This document shows positions 9,653 through 20,373 of a stretch of 64,000 bases of DNA, in pieces; the stretch's first letter is position 1; each line of letters opens with the position of its first letter. The DNA is taken from positions 32,205 to 96,204 of IMG/VR virus record IMGVR_UViG_2799112248_000007. One strand, 5' to 3'. Source of the stretch: a virus (lineage: Duplodnaviria > Caudoviricetes). The position numbers and the translations under genes were made by a program. The notes beneath the pieces were generated by a model, which ran no database searches, had not been told where the DNA came from, and worked only from the letters and a program-made list of their open reading frames with translations.

Positions 9653-10407
9653 TGCACCGCATTGAAAATTTAGACTACGATAAGAATTTATTTATTTTCG
9701 GTGAAACAGTAAATACAAAATTTGGTTCTATCAGATTTTTAACCTATCGAGAATATCTTAGTCATGCTGCTGAGATAAATCTTATCGCTCAAAACTCTCT
9801 ACACATCTACTACAACTATAGGAATCAACTTAAAGAAGCTATGGCAGATGAATCAAGCTTAAAAGCCTTAATGGAAATCAAGGAAGCAGACCTATTAGAG
9901 ATTGTTCTTAGTACACGACAGTTGTTAAATGCTTATTTGAAGATTTTTCAATTAGTGTTTGATGGAAATGAAGAAATACAATACGAAATAATCTTTGAAT
10001 CTAGTGAGAGTTTTCACTTTGTCAGAAGATTGATTATGGATATGAATGTAATCACAGAAGACAAGGTTTCTCCTAACGAAGAAATTCAAAGAGCTATTGA
10101 ACGCTCTAGAAGATTTAAACAACAATCCTCACAGGAGCAGACATTTGTTGATATTGTTACTTCTATTGTCGCAAGTACAAGTAACAGTTTTGATGATGTA
10201 TGTAGAATGAACATTTTTCAAGTTTACGCTATTTATGCTCGTGTTGGAGCTATCTATAACTATCAGACATCTACCCTATTTGCCACCGTTGCAGAGAAGG
10301 TAAACATTGAATCTTGGAATAAGCATATTGACTTATTCAAATTAGAAGATGATGTAATATCTAAGAATGAATTTGACAAAAAATTTGGTGGGCTACTTCA
10401 AATGTAG
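9652..10407 (+). CDS. Tail assembly protein (YomV-like)
   Basis: Translationally coupled; MNIFQVYAIYARV...YQTSTLFATV...W.KHIDLF pattern. Confidence 0.55.
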   Translation: MHRIENLDYDKNLFIFGETVNTKFGSIRFLTYREYLSHAAEINLIAQNSLHIYYNYRNQLKEAMADESSLKALMEIKEADLLEIVLSTRQLLNAYLKIFQLVFDGNEEIQYEIIFESSESFHFVRRLIMDMNVITEDKVSPNEEIQRAIERSRRFKQQSSQEQTFVDIVTSIVASTSNSFDDVCRMNIFQVYAIYARVGAIYNYQTSTLFATVAEKVNIESWNKHIDLFKLEDDVISKNEFDKKFGGLLQM

Positions 10408-10444
10408 CTCATACACAATATAAATAAATGGAGGAATTTACTCA

Positions 10445-11212
10445 ATGGGTAAAATCGTAATTCAAGACACAGCAGATGTAACAATCACTGACCTAGAAAC
10501 AGGTAAAGTGGTACTAAACGCGGAGGCGCAGTTAGCAGGTATCAAAGGCTCTATCTCAGAAGAAGACCTTAAAGGTGGTATCGGTAACAAAAAACTATAC
10601 AAAATTCGTACTGACAAAGCAATTGATTTAGCAATGCGTTCAGCAGTAGCAGATATTGAGTATTGGGCAATGACTCAAGGTGTAGCTGTAGAAGAAAACG
10701 GTAAAGGTCGATTCACAGCAAATACTAAAGGTATTGTTGTTGTAGACAGCGCCACTTCTGCAAACGAAATCGTATTACCTGATGGTGCTATCGTAGGAAC
10801 TAAAGCACAAGTTGAACTACCTGATGGTACGCAAGAGACTTTAAATGTTGTTGTTTCTTTAACAGACAAAACTAAGAAAGCTGTTGATTTAGCAGGAGCT
10901 ACAGGCACGTTCAAAGCAGGACAAGAGTTACATGTATTCTATCAAGAGGAAGTAGAAGGTCAAAGAATTTCTATTGATTCTACTAAGTTCGCAGGAAAAT
11001 ACAGAGTAGAAATGAAAACAATTGCTTATGACTTAGATACTGCAAAAGTAAAAGCAGATATTCTATTTGATTTCCCTGAAACAATCCCTAGTGGTGAGTT
11101 TGATATTTCATTAGAGAACGGTAATGTTTACACACCTGAAATCAATTTTGCAGTAATTAACCCTAAGGGTGCAGATGAAATGGGTTCAATCCTGCTTAAA
11201 CCACGTAAATAA
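10445..11212 (+). CDS. Major tail tube protein (YomU-like)
   Basis: Strong GGAGG RBS; LKGGIGNK and IDSTKFAGKYRVEMKTIAYD motifs; followed by a terminator and chaperones. Confidence 0.75.
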   Translation: MGKIVIQDTADVTITDLETGKVVLNAEAQLAGIKGSISEEDLKGGIGNKKLYKIRTDKAIDLAMRSAVADIEYWAMTQGVAVEENGKGRFTANTKGIVVVDSATSANEIVLPDGAIVGTKAQVELPDGTQETLNVVVSLTDKTKKAVDLAGATGTFKAGQELHVFYQEEVEGQRISIDSTKFAGKYRVEMKTIAYDLDTAKVKADILFDFPETIPSGEFDISLENGNVYTPEINFAVINPKGADEMGSILLKPRK

Positions 11213-11239
11213 GAAATATAATAATATGTCATAAAAACT

Positions 11240-11270
11240 AGGGTGAGAGGTCAACCTCTCCCCTTTTTAT
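11240..11270 (+). terminator. Intrinsic terminator after the tail tube gene
   Basis: AGGGTGAGAGG/CCTCTCCCCT stem followed by a T-tract. Confidence 0.7.
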
Positions 11271-11306
11271 TTCTAAACTATTAACCGATAAAAAGGAGAT
11301 TTTACC

Positions 11307-11789
11307 ATGACAGCAAAAAGACAGTCACCAATTAAATTAAAAGATATTCTAGCAGAATCTAAGAAAGTAGATGTAATGTCAACGTTCGTAGTTGACCCTG
11401 AGACTAAAAAAACAGTTAAATATAACGAATACTTTGACCGCACTCAAGTTGAGAAGCTAACTCTTGAGCTATTCAACGATATGCAGTATGCAATCGAAAA
11501 AGAATACAGTTTCTTTGAAAGTGAAGAACAACTAATTAAATATGAGCTATTGCTTATTATTAAATACTTCTCTCACTTTAAAAATGAAATCGGTGACACG
11601 TTCGAGGAAAAGATTATGGCAATGGAAGCATTAATGAAGATTGGTTTATTTGACCTATTCTTTGATGAAATTTTTGACCAAAATCAAGTTGGAGAAGTAA
11701 TCGAACGTGTAAACAAGGTTGCTGAAAAAGCTGTATTGGCTCAAGAAGCAATTAATGAAGCATTGGAAACAAAAGGAGATTTTAAATAG
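11307..11789 (+). CDS. Tail assembly chaperone (YomO-like)
   Basis: Acidic helical protein with LIIKYFS motif between tube and TMP. Confidence 0.55.
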   Translation: MTAKRQSPIKLKDILAESKKVDVMSTFVVDPETKKTVKYNEYFDRTQVEKLTLELFNDMQYAIEKEYSFFESEEQLIKYELLLIIKYFSHFKNEIGDTFEEKIMAMEALMKIGLFDLFFDEIFDQNQVGEVIERVNKVAEKAVLAQEAINEALETKGDFK

Positions 11790-11803
11790 TTAGGGTGATG
11801 TAA

Positions 11804-12262
11804 TTGCCTACATTCAGTAATATCAAGGATTTAGAAAAATATGTTCAAGGTAAAGTGAAGGACACCATTAAAAGCCCACAAGTTCTAAACGTGTTTAGAC
11901 ACGCAATGGTAGATTCTGTTTACACAGAAGTCTATGACTATTATGAGCCTAGATATGATGCTGGTGGTCTTTCAGACGCTAGAAATATGGTATTTACAAA
12001 ACATAAGCTTAATGGAAATACCTTCGCTTCTGACTTTGAAAACCTCACTAGTGATACAATGGATGGCTATTTTATTTCAGAGCTAATTGAAAATGGTAGT
12101 GATGTACAGCACACCTCTAGCAATTCTGAGAATGGTTGGTATAACCGTGATGAAAAATGGGCTGAACCTAGACCATTTGCAAAAGCAACAGCAGAAAAGC
12201 TAGATAAAACTACTTATAACAAACACCTTAAAAATGTTTTAGAGCAAGGTATCAACAATTGA
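11804..12262 (+). CDS. YomN-like / HK97 gp10-like tail protein
   Basis: FSNIKDLEKY...VYDYYEP...PRPF motifs; TTG start. Confidence 0.55.
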   Translation: MPTFSNIKDLEKYVQGKVKDTIKSPQVLNVFRHAMVDSVYTEVYDYYEPRYDAGGLSDARNMVFTKHKLNGNTFASDFENLTSDTMDGYFISELIENGSDVQHTSSNSENGWYNRDEKWAEPRPFAKATAEKLDKTTYNKHLKNVLEQGINN

Positions 12263-12275
12263 AGGAGGTGAGAAA

Positions 12276-13235
12276 ATGGCAATTAAAATACCTCCTGTAA
12301 CTACTGAAGAATGGCTTAAATGTAATGAGTGGAATAAAAAGATTGTTGATAAGTTCTTGAAACAACAACATCTATCAGATAAAACACTTAAACAATATAC
12401 AAGCGCATTAAAAATTTTTGTGAGATATGTTAAAGATGAATTTGACAACCGCCCTATCCACAAATTAAAAGCAAGACACGCTTTAGATTATCAGAATCAC
12501 TTGATGTCATTAGAGTTATCTTCAAATGCTGTTAAGTTCAAACGTTCAGCAGTAAGTTCACTTTGTAACTACATTGAACTTTACTATGGCGAAGACTACC
12601 CCGAATTTAGAAATATCTTCAACAAGGCTATTCCCTCCCCTCCTAAACAACTTGTGAGAGAAAAGAAGATTGTAGCGAAAGAAGATATTGACAGGCTTAT
12701 TGCAGAGCTTGAAAAAGAAGGTGAGTATCAAATGATTGCTTATTTCTTATTAAGCTACAGCACAGGCGCACGTAGAGCAGAAATAGCTCAGATGAAAAAA
12801 GAGTTCTTTTATATGCCTAAGGTAAAGAACAAAGACTTTTACGCAACACCTCAAGTTCGTGGTAAAGGTAAAGGTAAGGTTGGTAAACCGATCAAACTGA
12901 TGTATAGCGAAGAAGCTAGACAAGCTGTTTTAAAATGGCTTGAATTTCGTGGTGAAGATGATAACCCGTATGTTTTCGTTCGTAAGTTTAAGAATGGTGA
13001 AACAAAAGAACTTAGTCCCGACGCTTTCAATGCGTGGTTTACTAATAAGTTCAATAACATCTTAGGTTATAAACTTACACCTCACGCACTTAGACGCTCA
13101 AGAGCGACACACTTAGTAGTTGAAGAAGGAAAAGACATTAATAAAGCTAAGGTGCTTTTAAATCACATCTCTACTGAAACAACATCTATCTATGTTATAA
13201 AAGATGTTTCAGATGAACTAGATGATATTTTCTAA
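12276..13235 (+). CDS. Tyrosine recombinase (YomM-like) within the tail operon
   Basis: Catalytic set: TGARRAE (R), GKG (K), HALRR (HxxR), LLNH, TTSIY (Y); SAM-like N-terminus. Confidence 0.9.
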   Translation: MAIKIPPVTTEEWLKCNEWNKKIVDKFLKQQHLSDKTLKQYTSALKIFVRYVKDEFDNRPIHKLKARHALDYQNHLMSLELSSNAVKFKRSAVSSLCNYIELYYGEDYPEFRNIFNKAIPSPPKQLVREKKIVAKEDIDRLIAELEKEGEYQMIAYFLLSYSTGARRAEIAQMKKEFFYMPKVKNKDFYATPQVRGKGKGKVGKPIKLMYSEEARQAVLKWLEFRGEDDNPYVFVRKFKNGETKELSPDAFNAWFTNKFNNILGYKLTPHALRRSRATHLVVEEGKDINKAKVLLNHISTETTSIYVIKDVSDELDDIF

Positions 13236-13341
13236 TACTTTGAATTACATCCCTACCCTATTTCGGTTAGGGGTTTACTTGAGGGTTTTAGACTGCAACA
13301 AAATAGTTGCACAACGACGAATAAAGAAGGAGCTAAACATT

Positions 13342-16300
13342 TTGAGTATTACAAATAACGAAGTAAAGTTTTTGGTTTCGTTAGATATTGATAAAGATAA
13401 ATCCAAAAAAAGGATTGATACATTCTTATCTAAAGAAATGAAAGATAAAAAACTAACTTTTGGTGTAAATGTTGGTGCATCTAATAAAAACATCAAAACA
13501 TTTTTAGACAAGCATAAAAATAAAAACATTAACCTTAGTTTTGATGTTGCAGTTGGACAAAGTAAAGCAAACATTCAAACTTTCCTAAACAACCAAAAAC
13601 AAGCTAAGAAATCTTTGATTTTCTATGTAAATGAACAAGCAACACAAACTACAGTCAAAAGTGCTTTAAAGAAAATTGAGGTGCAACCACTACGGATTTC
13701 TTTTGGTGTGAATGATCAACAATCTAAAGCTAATATTAACAAATTTATAGAGACTGTTAAAGTAAACCAAAAACCAATTGAGCTTATTCTAGAAAAAAAG
13801 GCTAGTGTCCAAAACATTAATAAAAGCCTAGAACAAATTATTTTCGCTAAGGCAAAAGTAAAACTAGAACTTGCTAAAGGCGCATTTAATCATATTAAAG
13901 ACACTGTTGAAACGAAAGAACTACAAGGTCTTAAAACTGTTATGGAGCTTGATATTGAAAAAACGAAGCTACGCATTTCAGAACAGATTAATAAAATGTC
14001 TTTACCGAAGTTCAAAATTGATGTTGTCGCAAATGTTACACCTGTCGTTAGCTCAAAAGCAGTACAAGCTACTGTTAAAGAAGCCCCTTCTAATGTAAAA
14101 GAAATACCGTCACCTCCTACTGACTTTAATGGAACTATTGGAGCACTTAAAGAACTCCGCTCTATTCTTGTAGATATAAATACTAAAGTGACTGACTTGA
14201 AAAAAAATATGTCTGAGGATACCAGTTTGGGAAAACAACTCTCAGACGACGGAGCTAAAATTTTAGAGATTCGCGAAGCAATTACTTCAACAAAAGAAGC
14301 ATACGCAAATTTTAAAGGTGCAAACAACGAAGCAACAGAAGCATCGAACAAAGGATCTAAAGCTGCTAATTTATTATCTTTGGCTTTTGGTAGTCTTGGT
14401 GCTGCTGGTATGATAGCAGGCGCTGCTATTCAGTTTTTTACTGCTAGGTCTGAGGAAGCTAAAAAAGCTAAGGAAGAACTTATCGCTAAAAATGAGCAAG
14501 AGGTAAAGTCATTTGCAGACAATGAAAGAGCTATTGATAGCTTATTATCTAAATATAGTACACTTTCAGCAGAAAGCAAAGGACAACAACTAGATTCTCA
14601 AAAGTATAAAGAATTACTTGATACTCAAAATGAACTAGGTAAACTACTTCCTAACTTAGTTAAAGGCGAAGATGAATATGGTAATAAAATTCTAGTTTCT
14701 TCTATGCAAGCAGAAACTAAAGTTGACATTCTAAAACAAGAGCTTGAGGTTCAAAAACTACTTAATGCTGAAAAGGCAAAAGAAGAACAAGAAAAATCAG
14801 AGGACACAGCTAGAGACACTATTAGTGACGCTGAAAAAGATAAGAAAGATAGTCTTAAAAGCGCTTATAATTTTGTTTACCAAATTGAGAGCGTAAGTAA
14901 TAGATACGCAGAACTAAAAGGTAAGCTTACTAAAGGCATTAACATTGAGGGAGAAACACTCAGTTGGAGTGGAAAATCTCTTAAGAGTATCGAAGATGTT
15001 TCTTTAGCACTTGAAAAAATAGATGAAACCTTAAGCAAGAAAAAGGAATACAACTTAACTGAGGGTTCTATTCGTGACTTAGAAAACTCTAAAGAAGGAT
15101 TACAACAAATCTATCGTGAACTTCTACAAGCTCAAAAAGATGTTATGTCAGGTTTAAATGTATTAAAAACAGGATATACAAAAGACCTAGAAGATACCGT
15201 TAAATTGACGGGTGACTTCTCTAAAGAAGGTCAAGAAGTATTTGAAGATGTTGCTAACAGTGTTATCAACTTAGCTGAAACTGAGTCTGATTTAGATGAT
15301 TTCAACGAAGCTATTACTATGGCGTTAGGTAAAAAAGACGCTGATATTGAGAAAAACTTTACTGAATTAGCAGATACTATTTCTGAAATGAGAAAAAGTG
15401 GTATTACTGATGCTGAAGAACTTGAGAAAAAGTATGGTGATTCATTTGCTAAAATCAAGAAAAGTATTCTAGATGCTCTTGTTAAATCAGGTATAAAAGA
15501 AGGTACTGCTCTTTATGAATCATATGAAAAAACTCTTGATACATTCATAGAATCTAAACTTAACGAAGAAAAAGCAATTAAAGAAATCATGGAAACTCAA
15601 GGTAAAGGGCGCAAAGAAGCTGAGGAATATTTCAAAACTCATAACGAAGGCGCAGAAGGTCTTGCCGATGCTATAGACCCTATGGTGGCGTACGCACAGA
15701 AAATCAAAAGTTTCAGCTCTCTAGGAGAGGAAATGCTTGGTGTCACTGATAAGCTTATAACAGAAACGAATGACCTTATTGATGTCTATGAGTATCTCTC
15801 AAGTATTACTAACAAAACAACAGAAGAAACTAGTAAACTAGAAGAAGTCAAGGGTAAGCTTAACGCTCTATACCCCCACCTAGTTAAAAATGGTGAGATT
15901 CGTATTGAGAATATCAAAAAAGAAAACGAAGCAAACAAAATACTTCGAAAATCATTTGAAAACATGGCTGATGAAAAATACAAATCAGAAAACTCAGCGA
16001 CTTATAACTCTTCTCTCGGTACAAAAGCTCGTATTGAAAACCTACAAAAAGAATTACAAGCTTTAGATACTGTTATGGAAGAGTATAGAAAAGCAAACCT
16101 TGATACTGTTGAAAAAGTCGTGGACAAAGTAAATAGTGGCGAATTGTCTCCACAATTTGGTTTGCCAATGATTAATGAAATAAATGAGTACAATAGTAAA
16201 GTGGGCAAACTTGATGAATTAATGGGCGAACTTAATGATAGTGTAAATACCCTAAGTTCTGCTAATGCTGATTATGAAAAATCTAATGAAAAAGCAAGTA

Positions 16301-19300
16301 AATCTACAAGCAAAAATGCCAAAGAGACATCTGAGCTAGATAAAATCACTAAAAAGTATGCCCTAACACTTGATAAGATTAATACAGCTATGAAAGAAGT
16401 TGAAAGTAGAAAAAAGAAATATCCTACTTACTCTAAGCAATATAGACAAGCTCTTGCAGATGAAAACAAATTAATTCAACAGCAAATTAATTTAAATAAT
16501 CAAAAAATAAAAGACCTATCAAATGTTAAAAATGTACCAACAGATAATAGCGTAACTTACACTACAATGGGAAGTGTGCAACCTAAAGGTTGGTCAGGTA
16601 AGATTACCTCTAATTGGGCTACACGAGCAGATAATCACAAAGGTATCGACATTGATGGTAACAAAGGTGACTTATTACAATCTAACATTTCAGGTAAAGT
16701 AGTTGGAAAAGGTAAAGATGGTGTTTCAGGTAACTATATTTATGTTATGGACGCTAATGGTCTTAAACACTTCTACGCTCACTTAGATAGTATCGCTGTT
16801 GCAATTGGTGATGTTGTACAAGTTGGTTCAAAACTTGGAACGATAGGAAACACAGGTACAGTTTATAGTGGTAGTGGTGGTGATGGTTCTCACCTTCACT
16901 ATGGATTAAAACAAGGTAACACTTGGATTGACCCAACTAACTACGCTAATCAAGCTCGTAGTGGTGTGCAAACTACTTCTCAAGCTACTAAAGCGTCAGG
17001 AAACTCAACACAAGCTACAGTTTGGAACTACTTCAAGTCTAAAGGTCTTTCTGATGTTGCGGTTGCAGGTATCATGGGCAACATGCAACAAGAATCAGGC
17101 TTTAGTCCAAATGCAGGCAAAAACGCTGAAAATCATGCTTATGGTTTAGCACAATGGAGAGGTAGTCGTAGAGTAGGACTCAACTCTTACGCACAAAGCG
17201 TTGGTAAAAGCGCTAGTGATTTACAAACTCAGCTAGACTACATGTGGAAAGAACTTAACAGTACTCAAAGTAGCTCTTTAAAAGTCCTTCAACAACAAGG
17301 TCTTACTGTTTCAGATATGACGAAGCAATTCGAAAACGCATATGAACGTAGTGGAAACTCAGCTATCGCTAAACGTCAAGGCTACGCAAACAACATCTAC
17401 AGCGCTTATGCAGGCTCAGGAGCTACAGCAAGCTCAGGTGGCGGTTCTACTAATGATGATTATGCTAAATCACAGTCTGAAATAGAAGCTCTTAGACAAG
17501 CTAATGTGGCTCTTGCAGACCAAGCTCAAGAAAACTATTACAATCAGATTATAGGTCAATTAGATGAATACAAACGTAATAGAGACATTGAGGATTTAGG
17601 TATTGCTAAACAAGCAGAACTTCAAAAAAATATGCTTGTATACAATAAAGCATATGAAGACAGTGTTAACAAACAGTATACTGCCGAGCAACGTAAGTTA
17701 AAAAGCTATCAACAAGAATACGCATATATTCAAAAAATGTATGACGCAGGTGGACTAACTCTAAAACAACAAGATGAATTGATTGATAGAAGATATGAGT
17801 TACAACAGCAAATGTTGGAATCACAAAATCAAATCAAAGCGTACTATAACGAAGTTATCAGTGGTAAATTAGCAGGCTTCGATTATAAGCAAGACAAGTT
17901 TGCTAAAACTCTTGAGTGGGAGGAAGTTAAAATTCAATCACTTGATAGAACAAGTGAGCGATATAGAAAAACTCTTGAAATCATGGCAAACACTCGTCAA
18001 GGTCAAATTAAAACATCTAAAGCAGAACTTGATTATATCAACAAAGTGCTAAGTAAAGGCAATCTTACAATTGAAATGTATCAGGAGCTTACACAACGAG
18101 CAGATGAACTTAAAAAAGGTCTTGTTGAACTTAATGAAGCTTTACACCAAACAAACTATGAAATGGTTCAAGCTGTTATTATTGCTTCTAATACTAGGAT
18201 AGATGATATTGATTTTGAACTCAACTACAATCAGGCACTAAGAGGATTATATGAAGAAGGCTCAGGAGATTACTTGAAAACTCTTGAAGATGATATGGAA
18301 CTTCTTCAAAAGAAACTTATAGAGATTAAGGAACAAGAGTTCAATACTAAGGATAAAATGAAAGGCATGGACTTAGGCACAAAAGAACTTGAAGACCTTG
18401 AAGAACAACTTGAAGCTAATGCTTTAGCATACCTCGAAGTTCAGAAGGCTGTTAAAGACACTCAGGAAGCCATTGATAACTTTACACAATCAATTGATGA
18501 TAAAGTCAAGGAAATGCGTGAAAAGCTTGCAAATGATATTATAGATGCCTTAAAAGATGCTATCAATGAAGCTAAAGATATTCAAATGGACGCTCTTGAC
18601 AAACTTATTGAAGCTGAGGAAAAGCGTCACGAAAAAGTGATGAAACAGTATGACAAAGAGCTTGAAGCTTACACTAAAATCATTGATGCTAAACGCAGAG
18701 AGATTGCTGATTCTGATAGAGATAGAACTCATGGCAATAAATTAGAAGAACTAAACACTCAAAAGCAAGAGTTGCAAAATAAATTAAACCTTCTTTCTAA
18801 TGTGAATACTTATGAAGGTATCAAAGAGAAAGAAGAACTTCAAAAACAAATTGCAGAGATTGAAAAACAAATTAATGAAGAAAAATATCAATATGAGAAA
18901 GACCTTCGTGAGCAACAGCTTGATGATTTACTTGACGAAAAAACAGAACATATTGATGACCTAAAGGAGAAAGAGGATGAATATTCTAAGGATGTTCTAG
19001 AATCTCTTAATAAGCAAAAAAAATATTGGGAAAAATATTATGCTGACCTTTTAAACGATGAAAAATATTTCGCTAAAATGAGAGAAGACATCTTAGCAGG
19101 AAACTTCGCTGAGGTTGAAGCTAAATTTGCAGAGCATATTAAGCTATTAACAGATAGCCTACCTGACCTTCAGGACACATTTGATGGAACAATGAAAGCT
19201 GTTGGAGCTACTATACGTCAAAATGTTATTGATAAAATGAAAGAACTTTCAAAAGAAATTGAAAAAGTTGAAAAAGAAGTTAGAAAAGTAGAAGCACTTA

Positions 19301-20373
19301 AAAAAAAGGTAACAGGCGACTACGGTAAATCTGACGCTAACCAAACAGTTGAAAATGCAGGCAAAAAAGAAGCTCTAAGCGAAGCTGATTTGAAGGTTAT
19401 TTTAGCTAAGTTTATGAACGAGGAAATTGCAGGTAAACTAAATCCTCAAACAGATGCAGTTAGAATTAAAAACATTAAAGATAAAGCTAATAAACTCGCA
19501 AGCGAAGGTAGAAAAGAAGACTCTAAAATAAACGCCAACCAATCATTAGGTTCTCTCTTTGACTCAATGTCAAAAGAACAGTTATCTCAAGTTGGTGGAT
19601 ACTTCGATAAAAACGCTAGTAATAGTGGTTTCTCTACACAAGAGTATTTAGATTACATCAAAGAGTTTGGTCAAACAGCAGAAAAAGGGAAAGTTATGAC
19701 TCATGGTGATAAGCAAGTAATGCTTGCAAAATACATGAAAGAGTATCTAATGCCTCGAGCTAACACTAAAGCCAAAAAAGATGCCATTAATGGAACAGCA
19801 ACAAAAATTGCTGATTCAGGAAGGAAGCATACTTCTCTTATCTCCCCTAACGTTTCCTATGACCAATCACTTAGTAAGTTATCAGGTAAGCAACAGGCAG
19901 AGCTTGGGCAATTCATGTTGGACAACACAAGTGCTGTTAACTTTACTGAGCTTAAAGATATGTTAATAAGTTATGCTAGTAATCTTAGATTAAATCAATC
20001 TAATGACTTTATTGGCTCTCCTGCTAGTATGGATGTAGGTGGTATGACTAAAGGCTTTGGCTCTACTGGTGGCTCAGATGGTAAAGGTGGTAGATTAGCT
20101 CTACTTCACCAAAATGAGATTGTGAGCAACCCTCTTGATACAGAACGCATGTTACGCATTTCTTCTATCATGGACAATATAATGCGAACTATCAACGGTG
20201 CAATTGCCCTCCCTACTCAACCAAAGGTAAGCACAGTTAGTACACCAACATCAACAGATAACTCAACTGTTGTTCATGTCAATATTGATAAGTTCAATGG
20301 AACTAAGAGCGATATTGATAAATTGGGTGACCAAATCAAAAACAGACTATTAAGAGAGAAAGGAAAACGATAA
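13342..20373 (+). CDS. Tape measure protein (YomI-like) with M23 peptidase and phage tail lysozyme domains
   Basis: Long coiled-coil ORF; HKGIDI...YAHL...HLHY (M23, ~16600-16950); GLSDVAVAGIMGNMQQES...GLAQW (Phage_lysozyme2, ~17000-17410); AAGGAG RBS favours TTG at 13342 over 13222. Confidence 0.9.
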   Translation: MSITNNEVKFLVSLDIDKDKSKKRIDTFLSKEMKDKKLTFGVNVGASNKNIKTFLDKHKNKNINLSFDVAVGQSKANIQTFLNNQKQAKKSLIFYVNEQATQTTVKSALKKIEVQPLRISFGVNDQQSKANINKFIETVKVNQKPIELILEKKASVQNINKSLEQIIFAKAKVKLELAKGAFNHIKDTVETKELQGLKTVMELDIEKTKLRISEQINKMSLPKFKIDVVANVTPVVSSKAVQATVKEAPSNVKEIPSPPTDFNGTIGALKELRSILVDINTKVTDLKKNMSEDTSLGKQLSDDGAKILEIREAITSTKEAYANFKGANNEATEASNKGSKAANLLSLAFGSLGAAGMIAGAAIQFFTARSEEAKKAKEELIAKNEQEVKSFADNERAIDSLLSKYSTLSAESKGQQLDSQKYKELLDTQNELGKLLPNLVKGEDEYGNKILVSSMQAETKVDILKQELEVQKLLNAEKAKEEQEKSEDTARDTISDAEKDKKDSLKSAYNFVYQIESVSNRYAELKGKLTKGINIEGETLSWSGKSLKSIEDVSLALEKIDETLSKKKEYNLTEGSIRDLENSKEGLQQIYRELLQAQKDVMSGLNVLKTGYTKDLEDTVKLTGDFSKEGQEVFEDVANSVINLAETESDLDDFNEAITMALGKKDADIEKNFTELADTISEMRKSGITDAEELEKKYGDSFAKIKKSILDALVKSGIKEGTALYESYEKTLDTFIESKLNEEKAIKEIMETQGKGRKEAEEYFKTHNEGAEGLADAIDPMVAYAQKIKSFSSLGEEMLGVTDKLITETNDLIDVYEYLSSITNKTTEETSKLEEVKGKLNALYPHLVKNGEIRIENIKKENEANKILRKSFENMADEKYKSENSATYNSSLGTKARIENLQKELQALDTVMEEYRKANLDTVEKVVDKVNSGELSPQFGLPMINEINEYNSKVGKLDELMGELNDSVNTLSSANADYEKSNEKASKSTSKNAKETSELDKITKKYALTLDKINTAMKEVESRKKKYPTYSKQYRQALADENKLIQQQINLNNQKIKDLSNVKNVPTDNSVTYTTMGSVQPKGWSGKITSNWATRADNHKGIDIDGNKGDLLQSNISGKVVGKGKDGVSGNYIYVMDANGLKHFYAHLDSIAVAIGDVVQVGSKLGTIGNTGTVYSGSGGDGSHLHYGLKQGNTWIDPTNYANQARSGVQTTSQATKASGNSTQATVWNYFKSKGLSDVAVAGIMGNMQQESGFSPNAGKNAENHAYGLAQWRGSRRVGLNSYAQSVGKSASDLQTQLDYMWKELNSTQSSSLKVLQQQGLTVSDMTKQFENAYERSGNSAIAKRQGYANNIYSAYAGSGATASSGGGSTNDDYAKSQSEIEALRQANVALADQAQENYYNQIIGQLDEYKRNRDIEDLGIAKQAELQKNMLVYNKAYEDSVNKQYTAEQRKLKSYQQEYAYIQKMYDAGGLTLKQQDELIDRRYELQQQMLESQNQIKAYYNEVISGKLAGFDYKQDKFAKTLEWEEVKIQSLDRTSERYRKTLEIMANTRQGQIKTSKAELDYINKVLSKGNLTIEMYQELTQRADELKKGLVELNEALHQTNYEMVQAVIIASNTRIDDIDFELNYNQALRGLYEEGSGDYLKTLEDDMELLQKKLIEIKEQEFNTKDKMKGMDLGTKELEDLEEQLEANALAYLEVQKAVKDTQEAIDNFTQSIDDKVKEMREKLANDIIDALKDAINEAKDIQMDALDKLIEAEEKRHEKVMKQYDKELEAYTKIIDAKRREIADSDRDRTHGNKLEELNTQKQELQNKLNLLSNVNTYEGIKEKEELQKQIAEIEKQINEEKYQYEKDLREQQLDDLLDEKTEHIDDLKEKEDEYSKDVLESLNKQKKYWEKYYADLLNDEKYFAKMREDILAGNFAEVEAKFAEHIKLLTDSLPDLQDTFDGTMKAVGATIRQNVIDKMKELSKEIEKVEKEVRKVEALKKKVTGDYGKSDANQTVENAGKKEALSEADLKVILAKFMNEEIAGKLNPQTDAVRIKNIKDKANKLASEGRKEDSKINANQSLGSLFDSMSKEQLSQVGGYFDKNASNSGFSTQEYLDYIKEFGQTAEKGKVMTHGDKQVMLAKYMKEYLMPRANTKAKKDAINGTATKIADSGRKHTSLISPNVSYDQSLSKLSGKQQAELGQFMLDNTSAVNFTELKDMLISYASNLRLNQSNDFIGSPASMDVGGMTKGFGSTGGSDGKGGRLALLHQNEIVSNPLDTERMLRISSIMDNIMRTINGAIALPTQPKVSTVSTPTSTDNSTVVHVNIDKFNGTKSDIDKLGDQIKNRLLREKGKR

